NCBI RefSeq assembly: GCF_009914755.1
Contig: NC_060928.1
Direction: 5' to 3' (one strand)
DNA from: the human T2T-CHM13v2.0 reference genome, Homo sapiens
Length of the DNA: 64,000 bases
Positions within the stretch are counted from its first letter, which is position 1; every line of letters begins with the position of its first letter. The notes under the pieces are model-generated. The model saw nothing but the letters and a program-made list of their open reading frames with translations, was not told the origin of the DNA and did not search any database. The translations under genes and the position numbers were made by a program. This document shows positions 1 to 14,582 of this stretch, piece by piece.

Positions 1-360
1 CTCTGAGAAGATAGGGGAACAGCTGAGAAACAATGTAAGACACCGTTAAATCTACTTACAACTGAAGGTAGGAAGAAAATTAATGAATTAAGTAGGGACT
101 CTGTGGATTTCTTTCCTACTCTTTTCCTTATCCACTAATCCTAGCTTTCAAAAAAAAGGTGGGGAATATGTAAAATGAACTGCTATAAAGGGGTGAGCCA
201 TAGGATACTCAAACCTAGTACTTCTCCACCGAGCCCATACACCAAAAAAGGCATATAGATAGAAGTTTTGACCCACGCTTGTGGTATTTTGAAAATGGGC
301 CACGTATTTAAGAAATACCAAATTATAAATATTAGCTATATATTAGAGCTTGGTCTAGAC

Positions 361-581
361 CAGGGTTTCTCAGCCTCAGCACTACTGACATTTAGAGTGT
401 ATAATTCCTTGTTGCAGGGAGCTGAGCTGTGCATTGTAAGATGTTTAGCAGAATCCCTGGACACTGCTCACTAGATGTCAATAGCAAACTGTCCCACCTT
501 CTAATTTTGGTAATCAAAAATGTCCTCAGACATTACCAATGTCTTCTGGGTGGTAAAGTCACCCTCTTTTAAGAACCACTG
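361..581 (+). mobile_element. MER20 (non-autonomous hAT-Charlie DNA transposon)
   Basis: Ends CAGGGTTTCTCA...AAGAACCACTG, about 220 bp; perfect 8-bp TSD GTCTAGAC at 353-360 and 582-589. Confidence 0.9.
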
Positions 582-669
582 GTCTAGACAAAATGATGAG
601 GGATATTATAATGTTTTATTTTGATGTGTCTGTCCCTGTCACCTTTCCTGTCTCCTGCCTCGGGCATTT

Positions 670-830
670 CTCTATTCATTTATTTAAGAGGTGTTTATTA
701 AATAACGACTACGTGCCAGGCACTGTGCTAGGAGATGAGGATACAGTAGTGAAAAAGAAAATGGTCCCTAATCATGGAGTTTACAATTTCACAGGGGAGA
801 CAATGTGAAACAAATAATTCTAAATAATAC
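670..830 (-). mobile_element. L2 LINE 3' fragment
   Basis: ATTCATTTATT...TACGTGCCAGGCACTGTGCTAGG...GATACAGTAGTGAA, typical antisense L2 3' end. Confidence 0.7.
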
Positions 831-1271
831 AGCATACAAAACAGAAATACAGGTTACCTGCACACACAATTACAACCACTGTTTCCCCTAATCCTATTAA
901 TATTATAGTAGATGGTTTAAGAAGGAATTAATCTACAAGAGAATGACAGTAGTAGAGGGATAGAACAACACAATTTTGAAAACTAGGAAGTAGATGGAGG
1001 AACTAGAGTGCAATATTATAATAAGAAATATATACTTGATCTCTGCCTCATTTTCTATCACATAGCTCAGAAAACCCTCAGAATCTCTGAAGTAATATGT
1101 GCCTTTTTCTATGCCACTGAGGTGTCTAATGGCTGGAAGACGACAGAACAATACCTTCAATGTTCTGAAGAAAAAATCTAATAATCAAGAATTCTATATC
1201 CATCCAAACTATTAAATAAGTGATAAATAGAAGACATTTCAAGACATTCAAGGTCTCAAATTATTTCCTAT

Positions 1272-1510
1272 ATGTTACAGTTTTATGTGGCTTCATGGAA
1301 AAGATCTCAAAACTTAGTGACTTGTAGCAACTATATCTTTTGATTCCAAGAATTTGGATGGAGCACAGAGGAGACAGATTGTCTCTATTTCTCAATGTCT
1401 ATTATCTCAGATGGGTGAGTTGAACAGCTTGGGGGTTGCTGGGCATTTCTCTCTTTCCACAAAGTCTTTCACAGGTTTAGTTTGGGCTTTCTCACAGGCC
1501 ACAGTGTGGG
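1272..1510 (-). mobile_element. Old MLT1-type (MaLR) LTR fragment
   Basis: CTCAAAACTTAGTGACTT and GGGCTTTCTCACAG motifs resembling antisense MLT1; very diverged. Confidence 0.45.
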
Positions 1511-2121
1511 TTCCAATGGGGATGCTCCATCACCGCCACTGCCATCACCCATATCACACCAGCTTCCAAGGGCCCAAGAACTTGCTCACATGCCCAGCAA
1601 CCCCCCCTCCCCCGCCATTGGCACTACCAGCACCCTCCCAAGCCACCTAGAGGCAAGGATCAACCCTCCTGGACCCAATAACACCAGTGCCGGCACAAGC
1701 TGCCTTGAAGCCAAAGAACAGGCATGCTAAGCTCACCACTACCACCACTGAGACCTGGTGACTGGCCCATGGCATCCTACTCCCCAGCAAAACTTCATCA
1801 CAGTCTCAAATAATAACCACATCATAAGCCACTGAGTAAATCACAGATACCACTGATACTGTTTATAGCCAAAGAAGTCATACAGAAATTACAATACTGC
1901 ATGCTCCCAAAAGAAAAGCCAAAGTGCCCTACCCAACCAACAACGTTATATACACCTTCAGGAGAAAGTCCTTCCCTAAGAAAGCAATTTCAAAAAATTG
2001 GAAGAAGCAACAGTTACACCAGATACACAAATATCAACATAAAAAAGCAAGGAAATATGAAACCTCGCAAGGAACATAATTATTCTCCTGCAACATATCC
2101 CAATCAAAAAGAAATTTATAA

Positions 2122-2409
2122 GCTGGGCTCAGGGCTCATGCCTGTAATCCCAACACTTTGGGAGGCCAAGGCCAGTGGATCACTTGAGGCCAGAAGTTTG
2201 AGACCAGCCTGGCCAACATGGTGAAACCCCATCTCTACTAAAAATTTTTTTAAAATTGCTGGGCATGGTGGGAGGTGCCTGTAATCCCAGCTACTTGTTA
2301 GGCTGAGGCAGGAAGAATTGCTTGAGTCTGGGAGGTAGAGGTTGCAGTGAGCTGAGATCACACCACTGCACCCTGGCCTGGGCAACAGAATGACATCTCA
2401 AAAATAAAT
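2122..2409 (+). mobile_element. Alu (AluS-like) in L1 ORF1
   Basis: Dimeric Alu; TSD AAATTTATAA. Confidence 0.95.
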
Positions 2410-4635
2410 AAATTTATAAAATTCCAGATAAAGAATTCAAAATACTGATTTTAAAGAAGCTCTGTGAGATACAAGAGAATTCTTGAAGAAGTCAGATAAA
2501 CAGTTCAGAATATGAATCAGAAATTTACTAAAGACATAGACATTTTTAAAAAGAACCAAACAGAAATTCTGGAAGTGAATAATTCATTGAATGAAATACA
2601 AAATACATCTAAAAACTTCATCAACTGACTAGATTGAGCAGAAGAAAGAATATCAGAAATTGAACATGGGTCAGGGCCAAGAATATTAGATCCAGCAAAA
2701 TTATCCTTTGTAAATGAAGAAGAATTAAAGTCTTTCCTAGACAAGCAAATGCTGAGGGAATTCATTACCACTAGACCAGCTCTACAAGAAATGCTCAAGG
2801 CCATCCTAAACCTGGAAGCAAAAGAATGTCATTTGCCATCATGAATACACATCAAACTGTAAATCTCACTGGTAAAGAAATCACACAGTGGAGGAAAGGA
2901 CTCAAATGGTACCATGACAGAAACCCACCAAACCACAATGACAAACAATAACAGAAAAAAAAATTAACAAAGAATATATTGAAAATCAGAAAACAATTAG
3001 CAATGTGACAGGAACAAAACCTCACATAGCAATGTAAATGGATCAAATTATCCAATTGAAAGATACAGAATGGTTGAATTGATATTTTTTAAATGATTCA
3101 GCTATATGCTGCTTTTGAGGAATTCATCTCACTAGTAAAGACATATAGACTGAAAGCAAAGGGATGAAAAAAGACATTCCATGCAAATGGAAACCGAAAG
3201 TGAGTAGGAGCAGCTATATCCGATAAAACAGACTTTAAGTCAAGAACAGTTAAAAAAAAGAAAGGACAAAGATGATAATTATATGTTAGTGAAAGTCAAT
3301 CCAGCAAGAGAATACAACAATTCTAAACATATATGCACCCAAGGCTGGAACACCCAGATTCATAAAGCAAATATTCCTATATCTAAAGAGAGAGATAGAC
3401 TGTAGTACAGGAATAGTGGGGGATTTCCCAACACCCCACTCTCAGCATTACACAGCTTATCTAGACAGAAAATTGACACAAAAAATTGAACTTAAAGTAG
3501 GCTTTATTTAGTCATTTACAGAACATTCTATCCAACAACTGCCAAATACACATTCTGCTCATTAGCATATGGAACATGCTCCAAGACAGACTATATGTAA
3601 GGCCACAAAATAAGTCTCAGAAAATTTTTAAAAATCAAGTTCATATCAAGTATTTTCTCAGATCACAATAGAATAAAGCTAAAAATCAATATCATGAGAA
3701 ACTCTCAAAACTAGACAAATACAAGGACATTAAACAACATGTTCTTGAACGACCATTGAGCCAATGAGGAAATCAAAACAGAAATCAAAAAATTTCTTGA
3801 AACAAATGAAACATAAATATCAAACATACCAAAACCTGTGGAATACAGCAAAAGCAGTGCTAAGTGAGAAGTTTATAGGACTAAATGCCTGCACCAAAAA
3901 GGTAGAAAAATTACAAAGGAGCATTCTAATAATGCACCTTGAGGAGTTAGAAAACCAAGAACAAATTAAATCAAAAATTAGCAGAAGAAAAGAAATAATA
4001 AAGATTGGAACAGAACTAAATGAAATAGAGACTTAAAAAAATACTAAAGATTAACAAAATGAAACGTTGGTTCTTCAAAAAAATAAACAATATTGATAAA
4101 CCACTAGCTAGACTAACCAAGAAGAAAGAAGATCCAAACAAAAACAGAAATGAAAAAGGAAACATTACGACTGACATCACAGGAATACAAAAGATCATCA
4201 GAGACTACGATGAACAATTATACACTGACAAACTGGAAAACCTGTAAGATACAGATAAATTCCTGAAAACATACAACCTACCCAGATTCAATCATGAAGA
4301 AATAGAACACCTGAACAAACCAATAACAGGTAGTAAGATTGAATGAGTAAGACAACAACAACAAAAAGCCCAGGACCAGATAGATTTACAGCTGAATTCT
4401 ACCAAATGTACAAAGCACTAATATCAATCTTCTTGAAGTTATTTCAAAATATCAGAGAGTAGGGAATTCTTCCTAACTCATCTATGAGGTCAGCATCACC
4501 CTAATATCAAAACTACAAGGAGACAACAAAAAAGAAAACTACAGGCCAATATCTCTGATAAACATAGACACAAAAATCCTCAACAAAATACTAGCAAACC
4601 AAATCCAACAGCACATCAAAAAGATAATACCCCAG

Positions 4636-5057
<422 letters not shown>

Positions 5058-5465
5058 TCAATAAACATGATATATCATGTCAACAGAATGAAGGACAAAA
5101 ACTACATAATCATCTCAATAGATGCAGAAAAATCACTTAATAAAATTCAACATGGCTGCATGATTAACAAAAAAAACTCTCAACAAACTATGTATAGAAG
5201 GAACATACCACAAAATAAGAAAGGCCATATACAACAAACCCACAACTAGCAGCATACTGAATGTGGAAAAGTTGAAGGCCTTTCCTCTAAGAACTAGAAC
5301 ACGACAAGTATGCTCACTTTCACCACTCCTGTTCAACACAGTGCTGGAAGTCCTAACCAGAGCAATCAGACAAGTGAAAAAAATAAACAGCATCCAAAAT
5401 GGAAAAGAGGAAGTTAAATTGTCCCTCTTTGCTATTGATATGATATACCTAGAAAAAACTAGACT

Positions 5466-5510
5466 ACACACACACACACACACATGCACACGCGTGCACA
5501 CACACACACA
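5466..5510. repeat. Interrupted (CA)n microsatellite inside L1 ORF2
   Basis: ACACACACACACACACACATGCACACGCGTGCACACACACACACA. Confidence 0.9.
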
Positions 5511-6587
5511 ACTCTTAGATTTGATTAATGAATTCAGTAAAGCTGCAGGATGCAAAATCAATGCCCAAAAATCAGTGGTATTTCTATACATCAATAATGA
5601 TCTAGCCAAGAAAGAAATCAAGAAGGCATTCCAATTTACAATAGCTACAAAAACAAAGAAAGAAATAAAAACCTAGGAATATATTTAACCAAAGAGGTGA
5701 AAGATCTCTACAAGGAAAACTACAAAACACTGATGAAAGAAATTGAAGATAATACAAACAAATGGAAAAACATCTCAAGCTCATGAATCAGAATTAAAAT
5801 TGTTAAAATGACCATATGGACCAAAGCAATCTACAGATTCAATGCAATTTTAATGATAACATCCCATCATTTTTCACAGAACTAGAAAAAACAGTCCTAA
5901 AATGCATGTGGAATCAAAAAAGAACCCAAGAGCCAAAGCAATCCTGAGCAAAATGAACAAAGCTGGAAGCATCACATTGCCTGACTTCAAAATATACCAC
6001 AAGGCTATAATACCCCAAACAGCATCATACTGGTATAAAAATAGGCATATAGACCAATGGAACAGAACAGGGAACCTAAAAATAAGGCCACACACTTACA
6101 GTCAACTGATGTTTGACAAAGACACCAAGAACTCATATTGGAGAAAGGACAATCTCTTAAATAAATGGTGCTGGAAAAATAGGATAGCCACATTCCAGAA
6201 GAAGGAAACTGGACCCCTATTTCTCACCACATACCAAAATCAACTTGAAGTTGATTAAAGACTTAAACACAAGCTCTAAAACTATAAAAATACTAGAAGA
6301 AAACCTAGGGAAAACTCTTCTGGGCATTGGTCTAGGCGAAGAATGTATGACTGAGACCTCAAAAGCATAGATAACAGAAATAAAAATAGACACACGGGAC
6401 TTAATTAAACAAAAAAAGCTTCTGCACAAAAAAGAAATAATTAACAAAGTGAAGAGACACCCTGTTGATTTGGAGAAAACATTTGCAAACTTCATCCAAC
6501 AGGGGACTAATATCCAGAATATACAAGGAACTCAAACAACTCAACAGGAATAAAAGGCAACAAATAATTCCATTAAAAAGTGGGAGA

Positions 6588-6955
<368 letters not shown>

Positions 6956-8051
6956 TCAACATCACTAATCCATCAGAGAAATGCAAATCAAAACCACAAT
7001 GAGACATCATCTCACCCCAGTCAGAACGGCTATTATTAAAAAGACAAAAAAAAAATGGATGTTGGTGAGGATGTGGAGAAAAAGGAAGTTGTATACTCTG
7101 TTGCTGGGAATGTAAACTGGTGCAGCCACTATGAAAAACAGTATGGAGATTTCTCAAAAAACTAAAAACAGAATTCAATCCAGCAGCCCCACTACCAAGT
7201 ATCTATCCAAAAGAAACCAATAGATCAAAGGGATACAAAGCATTTGCATTTTTATTGCAGCACTATCCACAATAGCAAATACATGAAACAAACTTAAATA
7301 CCCATCAATGGATGAATAGGTAGAGAAAATGTGGTAAATATACACAGTGGAATACCATTTGGCCATAAAAAAAGAATGAAATCATGTCATTTGCAGCAAC
7401 GTGAATGATCTTTATATTAAGTGAAGTAAGCCAGGCATAAAAAGATAAATATTGTATGTACTTACTTACATGTGGAAGCTAAAAAATTTGATCACCTAGA
7501 GGTAGAGTGGAAAGAGATAATGGAGATTGGGAAAGGTGACTGGGGGAAGGAGAAAGAATGAAAAGAAATAGGTTAAAGAGTACAAACATGCAATTAGATA
7601 GAAGAGATAAATGCAATGTTTGATAGCAGAGTAGGGTGACTATAGTTAACAAAAAATGTGTTGTACTCAGGTGATGGACATCCTAAATACCCCAACTTGA
7701 TCACTGTGCATTACATACATGTAACAAAATTTCACATGTATCCCAAAAATTTGTTTAAAAAAATTAAAAAGAAGAAGACAGCGGAACTAAATAGGGGAAT
7801 CCTACATAAGAGAAAGGCAAAAAGAATCCCCAAAATGCAATGTGAAAGAGATATCAGGATTACAACTGTGAAGCCGCTCTAAGAACAGAGATCAAGGAAT
7901 AGATAGATGTCTATGATTTTTAAAATAATAATAACCTTGCTTAAATAATTAATGTGTCAGAACATAGTGAGAAGAGAAGATTTATACTGTGGGGGATCGG
8001 GGGAGAATTAATGATAATTTAAAAATGAAAAAGAGGTGCATAGAATCAACA

Positions 8052-8528
8052 CATTGAAGAGAAATTTTGCACTAGACACTTGTTAAAAATGGCAAGGAAG
8101 ACTTTACTCAAGACTATTGCAATAGAGGAGAGAGATTGAACTCAATTCTAAATACAACAGGGATAACAACCTAAGTGACAAGAGTGAGACCCTACCTCAA
8201 AAATCAATCAATAAATAAATACAACAGGGATAAGTGGGAATATATATTCAAGGGGCATGATGAGGGAGTCATTGGATAGAAACATACTAAAGAGGGACTT
8301 GGTTAGGTATCAACAACATTGGGGGAGAAGAACTTGATTAGACATCAAGGGTAGGGAGGAGAGCTTGATTAGATATCAAAGGTGGTGGGATTCTCTATAA
8401 ACTGGCTAAGCAGTATCCAAAGCTAAAACTAGACTTGGCAAGCCAAAGATTGGGCCAAAGAGAAAGTCTAGTCAAAGGAGGGCTCAGAGGAGCCTGACTA
8501 CATTTGCTCAATAAGGGAGTCTTTGTCA
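8052..8528 (-). mobile_element. ERV1 solo LTR, MER31/MER67-like
   Basis: Minus strand starts TGACAAAGACTCC...AGTCAGGCTCCTCTGAGCCCTC and ends with TATTGCAATAGTCTTGAGTAAAGTCTTCCTTGCCATTTTTAACAAGTGTC. Confidence 0.75.
8167..8215 (+). mobile_element. Extremely 5'-truncated Alu
   Basis: Alu 3' end GTGACAAGAGTGAGACCCTACCTC plus A-rich tail; 18-bp TSD TAAATACAACAGGGATAA (8149-8166, 8216-8233). Confidence 0.8.
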
Positions 8529-8537
8529 AATGAACTA

Positions 8538-8897
8538 TTTCCTTCCCTTCCTTTCTTTCCTTCCTTCCTTCCCCACTTCTTTCTTTTGTTCATCCTTTCT
8601 TTCTTTTGTTCTTTCTTTCTTGTCTGTCATCCAGGCTGGAGTGCAGTGGTGCCATCATAGCTCACTGTAACCTTAAACTCCTAGGCTTAAGAGATCTTCC
8701 CACCTCAGCCTCCTGAGGAGGTGGGATTACAGGTGCATGCTGCTATGCCTGGCTAATTTTTTTTTTTATTTCTGTTATTTTTGGAGATGAGATCTCAGTA
8801 TGTTGCCCAGGCTGGTCTTGAACTCCTGTCCTCAAGTGTTCCTCCCACCTTGGCCTCCCTAAGTGTTGGGATTACAAGTATTACATGCCACAAGGCA
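8538..8897 (-). mobile_element. Alu (AluJ-like) with CT-rich expanded tail
   Basis: Antisense Alu body 8620-8897; pyrimidine-rich tract 8538-8620. Confidence 0.88.
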
Positions 8898-8967
8898 TGA
8901 CTATCTTTTAAAAACAAATGCAAACTGTTTGCTTTGTTATTTTTAATACATTTTTACAGATTATTTC

Positions 8968-9582
8968 TGTAAACCAAAAATAAAATTCTATGACCCCCGC
9001 AACCATTTGAATGGACTCCCTCCTCTTGGCCAGGGCACTCCTAAGATAACCTGAAAGACTGGTTCAGGCCATGACGGGAATGGCGGATTGGACATGCCTC
9101 ATTATGCCGTCCTCCCTTTTGGAATTCAGGAAAAGCTGACCAGCATTTAACATCAACACAAACCCTAAGTCTGATAAGAAACATTTGCAATGTATTCTCT
9201 TTGAAACTTGCTACCTGGAGGCTTCGACTGCATGATAAAACCTTGGACTGCACAACCACTTATCACAACCCAGACTTTGTTTTCTACTGATAAAAACTCT
9301 TTCAATCAATTGGCAATCAGAAAATTTTTAAATCTACCTATGACCTGGAAGTCCCCACTTCAAGTTGTCCTGCCTTTTTAGATTGAACCGCTGTAAATCT
9401 TACATCTATTGATTGATGTATTATTATGTCCCCCTAAAATGTATAAAAGCAAGCTGTACCCTGCCACCTTGGGCACATGTTGTCAGGACCTCCTGAGGCT
9501 GTGTCTCGGGTGTGTCCTTAGCCTCGGCAAAGTAAACTTTCTAAATTGATCAAGACCTGTCTCAGATACTTTTGGGTTCACA
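8968..9582 (+). mobile_element. ERV1 solo LTR, MER4A1-like
   Basis: TGTAAACCAAAAATAAAATTCT...CTCAGATACTTTTGGGTTCACA; TG..CA ends; 4-bp TSD TTTC (8964-8967, 9583-9586); TATAAAA near 9443. Confidence 0.9.
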
Positions 9583-10119
9583 TTTCACACACAGAAATTG
9601 TGAGAACAAATTTTTATGGAGGCCTAGAAGAAAGCACTATAAACTTTGCAAAATAAGTGCAGGAGAGGCAGATGATAGTGATACAGCATTTCCCCCAATA
9701 ATTACCCCCCCAAAAATGGCTGGTGCACTGAAGAAAACTTTAATTCCCCTACAGTTTTAACTAGGCTCAGCCATGAACATGGGGAAGGCTGGCATTTGTG
9801 CAATGACACTGGGGTTCTCCACTACATGTCTGGTCATCCTATCAGTACCTTAAACCTGCCCACAACCAGTTCCTAAAAAGGAAAAGCAGTGTTCTTTTGC
9901 CAGCAAAATTGGGGTTTAGTTGAAAGTAAAAGGATGTATTTGAAAAGGTATATCTGCCTTTAAAGAATAAAAGGATCTATCTTTGCACCTGATAACAAAT
10001 TAACAAAATCTCAAATGGATAAAGCTTGTGTGATGAGACCAAATCACACAAAGTGAAGAAGTCGAATTTTGTTTAATTTAAATGATAGAGAATAGACATG
10101 CGCTGAGTTACATTTTCCT

Positions 10120-10950
10120 TAAAAAATCACCCTGAATGCTATGTAGAGGATGGGTTGTAAGGGGGCAAACATAGAAGCATGGAGACCAGTTAGATAGTTA
10201 CTGCAGCCAATTATTTGGACTAAGAGAGTAAAGATAGAGAATAAAAGAGATAATCAGATTTGAGATTGATTTTGGAGGGTGAGCTGACTAGATTTGCTGA
10301 TGGATGGACACATGGGTGACAGAAAGGAAGGAATCAAGAATGACTTCTAGGTTTTTAGCTTGAACAACTAAGTAGATATGTCATTTACTGAAATGATAAA
10401 GACAAGAACAGATTTGAGAGAGGAATCAAGAATTCTGGTTTCAAATGATTATTAGCTATCAAATTTCATATTAAGGAGGAGGTTGGATATGTAAGTTTGG
10501 ATCTTAGTGGGGCTAGTGAAATACATTTGGAAATTGTCATAATTCTGGTGGTTATGAGATTGCCTAGAATGAGGATAAAGACAGAAAACAAACAGAGAAA
10601 CCAAAATCAAGCCTATAGAGTACTCAAAAATTTAGGAGTTGAGCAAAGAAAGAAAACCCAAAGGAGTGAAACAAAAGCCAATGGTATGGGAAAAAATCCA
10701 AAGAACATGGTCTCAGGGAAGCCAAGGGTGTTTTAAGAGTGGAAGAGTGGTTAACCACATGCCAATTGGTCAGTAAGATGAAATCATAAAGAATGTTAAC
10801 CATCGTTTTTGACTAGCTGGAGTCACTATAAATCTTGGTGAAAATGAAAACTATAGTAAGGTTAAGTAAGATTAAGAAGGAATGGAATGTGAGGAGTTAG
10901 AATAGGATGTAAAGAAATTGTAGAGATAGTATAAGGAGCCAGGGTTCTTT
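10120..10950 (-). mobile_element. L2 LINE fragment
   Basis: GAGACCAGTTAG, GATTTGCTGATGGATGGA, GAATCAAGAATGACTTCTAGGTTTTTAGCTTGA antisense L2 motifs. Confidence 0.75.
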
Positions 10951-10984
10951 TTGAAAAAAAGCATCTAATAACTCCCATTCTTTT

Positions 10985-11190
10985 TTAGAGAGAAAGAGAG
11001 AGAGAGCACACAGGAAGGAGGCTAAACTTGCTTGCATAAGCGTCCCACTCTCTCAATAACCTTAATCCATTCATAAGGACGGAGCCCTTGTGACCTAATC
11101 ACCTCTTAAAGGTCCCACCTGTCAACACTGTTGTATTGAGTATTAAGTTTCCAACACATAAACTTCGGAGGACACATTCAAACCATTGCA
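10985..11190 (-). mobile_element. MaLR LTR fragment (MST/MLT1A-like)
   Basis: AATCCATTCATAAGG..GCCCTTGTGACCTAATCACCTCTTAAAGGTCCCACC...GGACACATTCAAACCATTGCA. Confidence 0.85.
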
Positions 11191-12079
11191 GGGAGTTATA
11201 TGCACTTCCTCATGAGACTGTCAGTATATCAGAAAAGCTGTGTGAACAGCTTGTGACAGCTGCCCCAATGGCTGTTCCATAGGCTCTGGACAGGCGAGTG
11301 AGAGACGATGCAGGGTTTGGGTATTCTCTCTTTCTTTCTTCTCTTGAAGGGAGGGATAGGGAAATGAGACTTAACCCCAAAATCCACAGTGGTCTTACAC
11401 TTTACCAAGACACAGGGTACAAAATTCCCCCTGGGAATGACAAATATCAAAAACCAGGATCAAAAGTCCTCAGTAATAAAGGAAAACATTTGGCCCCACC
11501 CTCAAAGGGCAAGAGTGCTGAGGGAAAGCAGGACTCTCATTCTGAGTGACTTGAGCACCAAAAGTTTTATGTCTGGTCTTGAGACATCAACGGGCCCTTG
11601 GTGGAGAGGAAAAAAAACACCGTGGTGTTATTCAACAGTACCTCCAGACCAGTCCCTGGGGAAATTGTTCCAAGTTCCTCAAACAGTGGAGCCAGTAAAA
11701 TTGAAAGAGTAAGACTACCTCTTGGGGGCCTAAAATATCTGTGGCCACTATGCGAAAATATCAGGTCAGACCACCCAAGATTTCCAGAGTGGTATTCATT
11801 TTGATTGATGGCTTCTTCAACCAGGAGCAGGCCACAGGCTAGAGTGGTAGCGATGGAGAGCAGAGAGGTGGTTCCCAGAGCAGCAGTCATGAGAGGAGAC
11901 GGGCCAGTGAGCAGCCTGAAAGCAGAACACACAACAACAGCAGGAAAGCTACAACAGCTGCAGAGGACCATGTGGAAAGGGAGATGCCTCAATGGTTTAG
12001 AATTCTATATTAAAAACAGTGGTGGTTTGGAAGAAGCCCCAAGATAACTGCTACCAAACCTGTGAAATATAATTTAGGT

Positions 12080-12590
12080 GCCTCAAACATGCCTCTGTGA
12101 CCTGAGGCTCTTCCTGCTGCCTGGAACGTTCCTCTTGGGCTGAAGTGAGACCAACTTCTTATTCTTCAGGTACGAGCTAAAATGTATCTCAGCGTGGAGG
12201 CCATCCCTATTTAAAGATCTCCCTGTGATAGTCTAACGCAGCCCTGTTTTTCCTTGAGAGTACTGCATTTCGCTGATTCTGATATATACTTTTTTTTCAT
12301 ATTTTAACATATCTGAAGTTGGAATGAATCTTATAATCAATACTGTGTCATAGTTTAATTGGCCACAGTTTTTCTAAGTGATTTTTTTAAATGGTGCATT
12401 TTATAACCTGTGCCATTTCTATTCAAGAAAATAGAGTTTTCATCATATTCAGTGAGTGTTGTTTGTATGTTTACTGTTTGTTTGTCTACTCTATAAAACT
12501 GTAGGCTTCTTTAAAGCAAGCACTAGCATGTAGTACAATGCCTGGTGCATCATATGTATTCAATAATGATTAATCAAATGACTGAATTCA
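12080..12590 (+). mobile_element. L2 3' fragment, interrupted by MER104-like element
   Basis: CTGCCTGGAACGTTCC...; 3' end CAATGCCTGGTGCATC...TCAATAA...AAATGACTGAA. Confidence 0.55.
12262..12436 (+). mobile_element. MER104-like Tc2/mariner MITE
   Basis: About 175 bp; ends CTGCATTTC...AGAAAATAGAG; core TTTTTTCATATTTTAACATATCTGAAGTTGGAATGAATCTTATAATCAAT. Confidence 0.6.
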
Positions 12591-12604
12591 TTAATTTTAT
12601 GTAT

Positions 12605-12739
12605 TTATTTTAATTTTTTTTGAGACAGGGTCCTACTATGTTGCCCAGGCTGGTCTTGAACTCCTAGGCTCAAGTGATCCTCCCGCCTCGGCCTCCCAAA
12701 AAGTGGTGGGATTATAGGCATGAGCCATGGAGCTCGGCC
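12605..12739 (-). mobile_element. Alu left monomer (FLAM-like)
   Basis: Single left arm with tail; TSD TGAATTCATTAA. Confidence 0.88.
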
Positions 12740-12806
12740 TGAATTCATTAACCTTAGGGTTGTACAGCTCTCAGCTGAAGAACACTGTACACAATACTGT
12801 GTATAA

Positions 12807-13241
<435 letters not shown>

Positions 13242-14582
13242 TAGATACCTTAAAACAAAGAACACATATCTGTCTAAGCAGAAAAAATTTTTTGTATTAG
13301 AGATTTCTCAGAAAATCACTTTTAAAGGGGAGATAATAATAGAAAGTATTTATGCAGCATCTCTCAGTGTAATGCCCCGGTGCTTTGACAAGTACACTAT
13401 TTTTGAACATGGAAAAAAACTCATTGTCATACATTATGACCAGTTTCTCCTGCTTAATACTATAGTTAAGTCTAATCCTATGTTTATAACCTCTTAATCT
13501 ACTTCCGTGGAGGAAATAGATTTCACCTTATCTATTCACTTGATACTAACTCAAATAAGTAGAAAAACCAGGGGATTTAATCTTGGCTAAAATAATTTAG
13601 CAATTAGCAAATATTTCAAGGAACGCCAGTTAGAAACATAGGAAACATAAATGGATTTCAATGCATGGTTGATCTTTTTGAAAATTTTCCTCTGAATGAA
13701 CGTCCTTCTTTAACACTGATGCAAGGCTCTGGATAAATCTTATTATTATTAAAGTCCCCAGTAGTGAGAATTTAAATCAAATTTATGCAAAATGAGAAAA
13801 ATGGGTCACTTCTGCCACTGCCTTATTCTTGGAATTTTTTTTTAGCAAAATAGAGCTGAGAATAAAAATCATCTCAATTTTACACTACACCATATCTCCC
13901 TTGTAACATTCAGATAATGATTCTGAAGCTATTTGGTATGATGGATGAAGAAATGCATTCTGAGCTTGGGCAAATCACGCAGGACCTCTGTTTCTGCTTT
14001 TGCAAGTCTGACTTGTCAAGGGCCCCTCCCATCTCCTCAGAGAAAGCTTCCAGACATCCCTGGTCAGAATCGGAGTCTCCTTCCTCTTCTGGACCCACTT
14101 AACATGTAGTTTCTACTTCTTGTGTAACAATTATGCAGTGAACCCTGTAGTGCAAATGAGTGTGTGTGCATTTGTCTACCTCGGAAGGGTGTGAACTCCT
14201 GGAGTGTCAGGACTGTTTTCATTCATCCTTGGGTCTTGCACATGGAAGATGACTCATATTTTGCCATATCAAATTGAATTGCTTTAAAAGATTAGCTTTG
14301 GCTTATTCAGTTTATGCTCCCTAAGGTTATGTTTTTATGTACTAGTATTGCAGATTAGGAAAAAAATAAAAAACCCAGCTCATCTCAAACCCTCGTGGGT
14401 CTTTTTGTGTGACATAGAATGAGAGCTGAGCTGAGCCCAACCTCGGTTAAGAGAGTGCCTCCAGCAGTTCAGACCCAGTTCATGTCCTGAGATAAGACTG
14501 GGAGGGGCTTCCCTGGGCCCTGGGAAGAGAGGGGTTCCTACGAGATGAGAAAAGTATTCCCTTAGGTTCTCAGAGAAAATGG

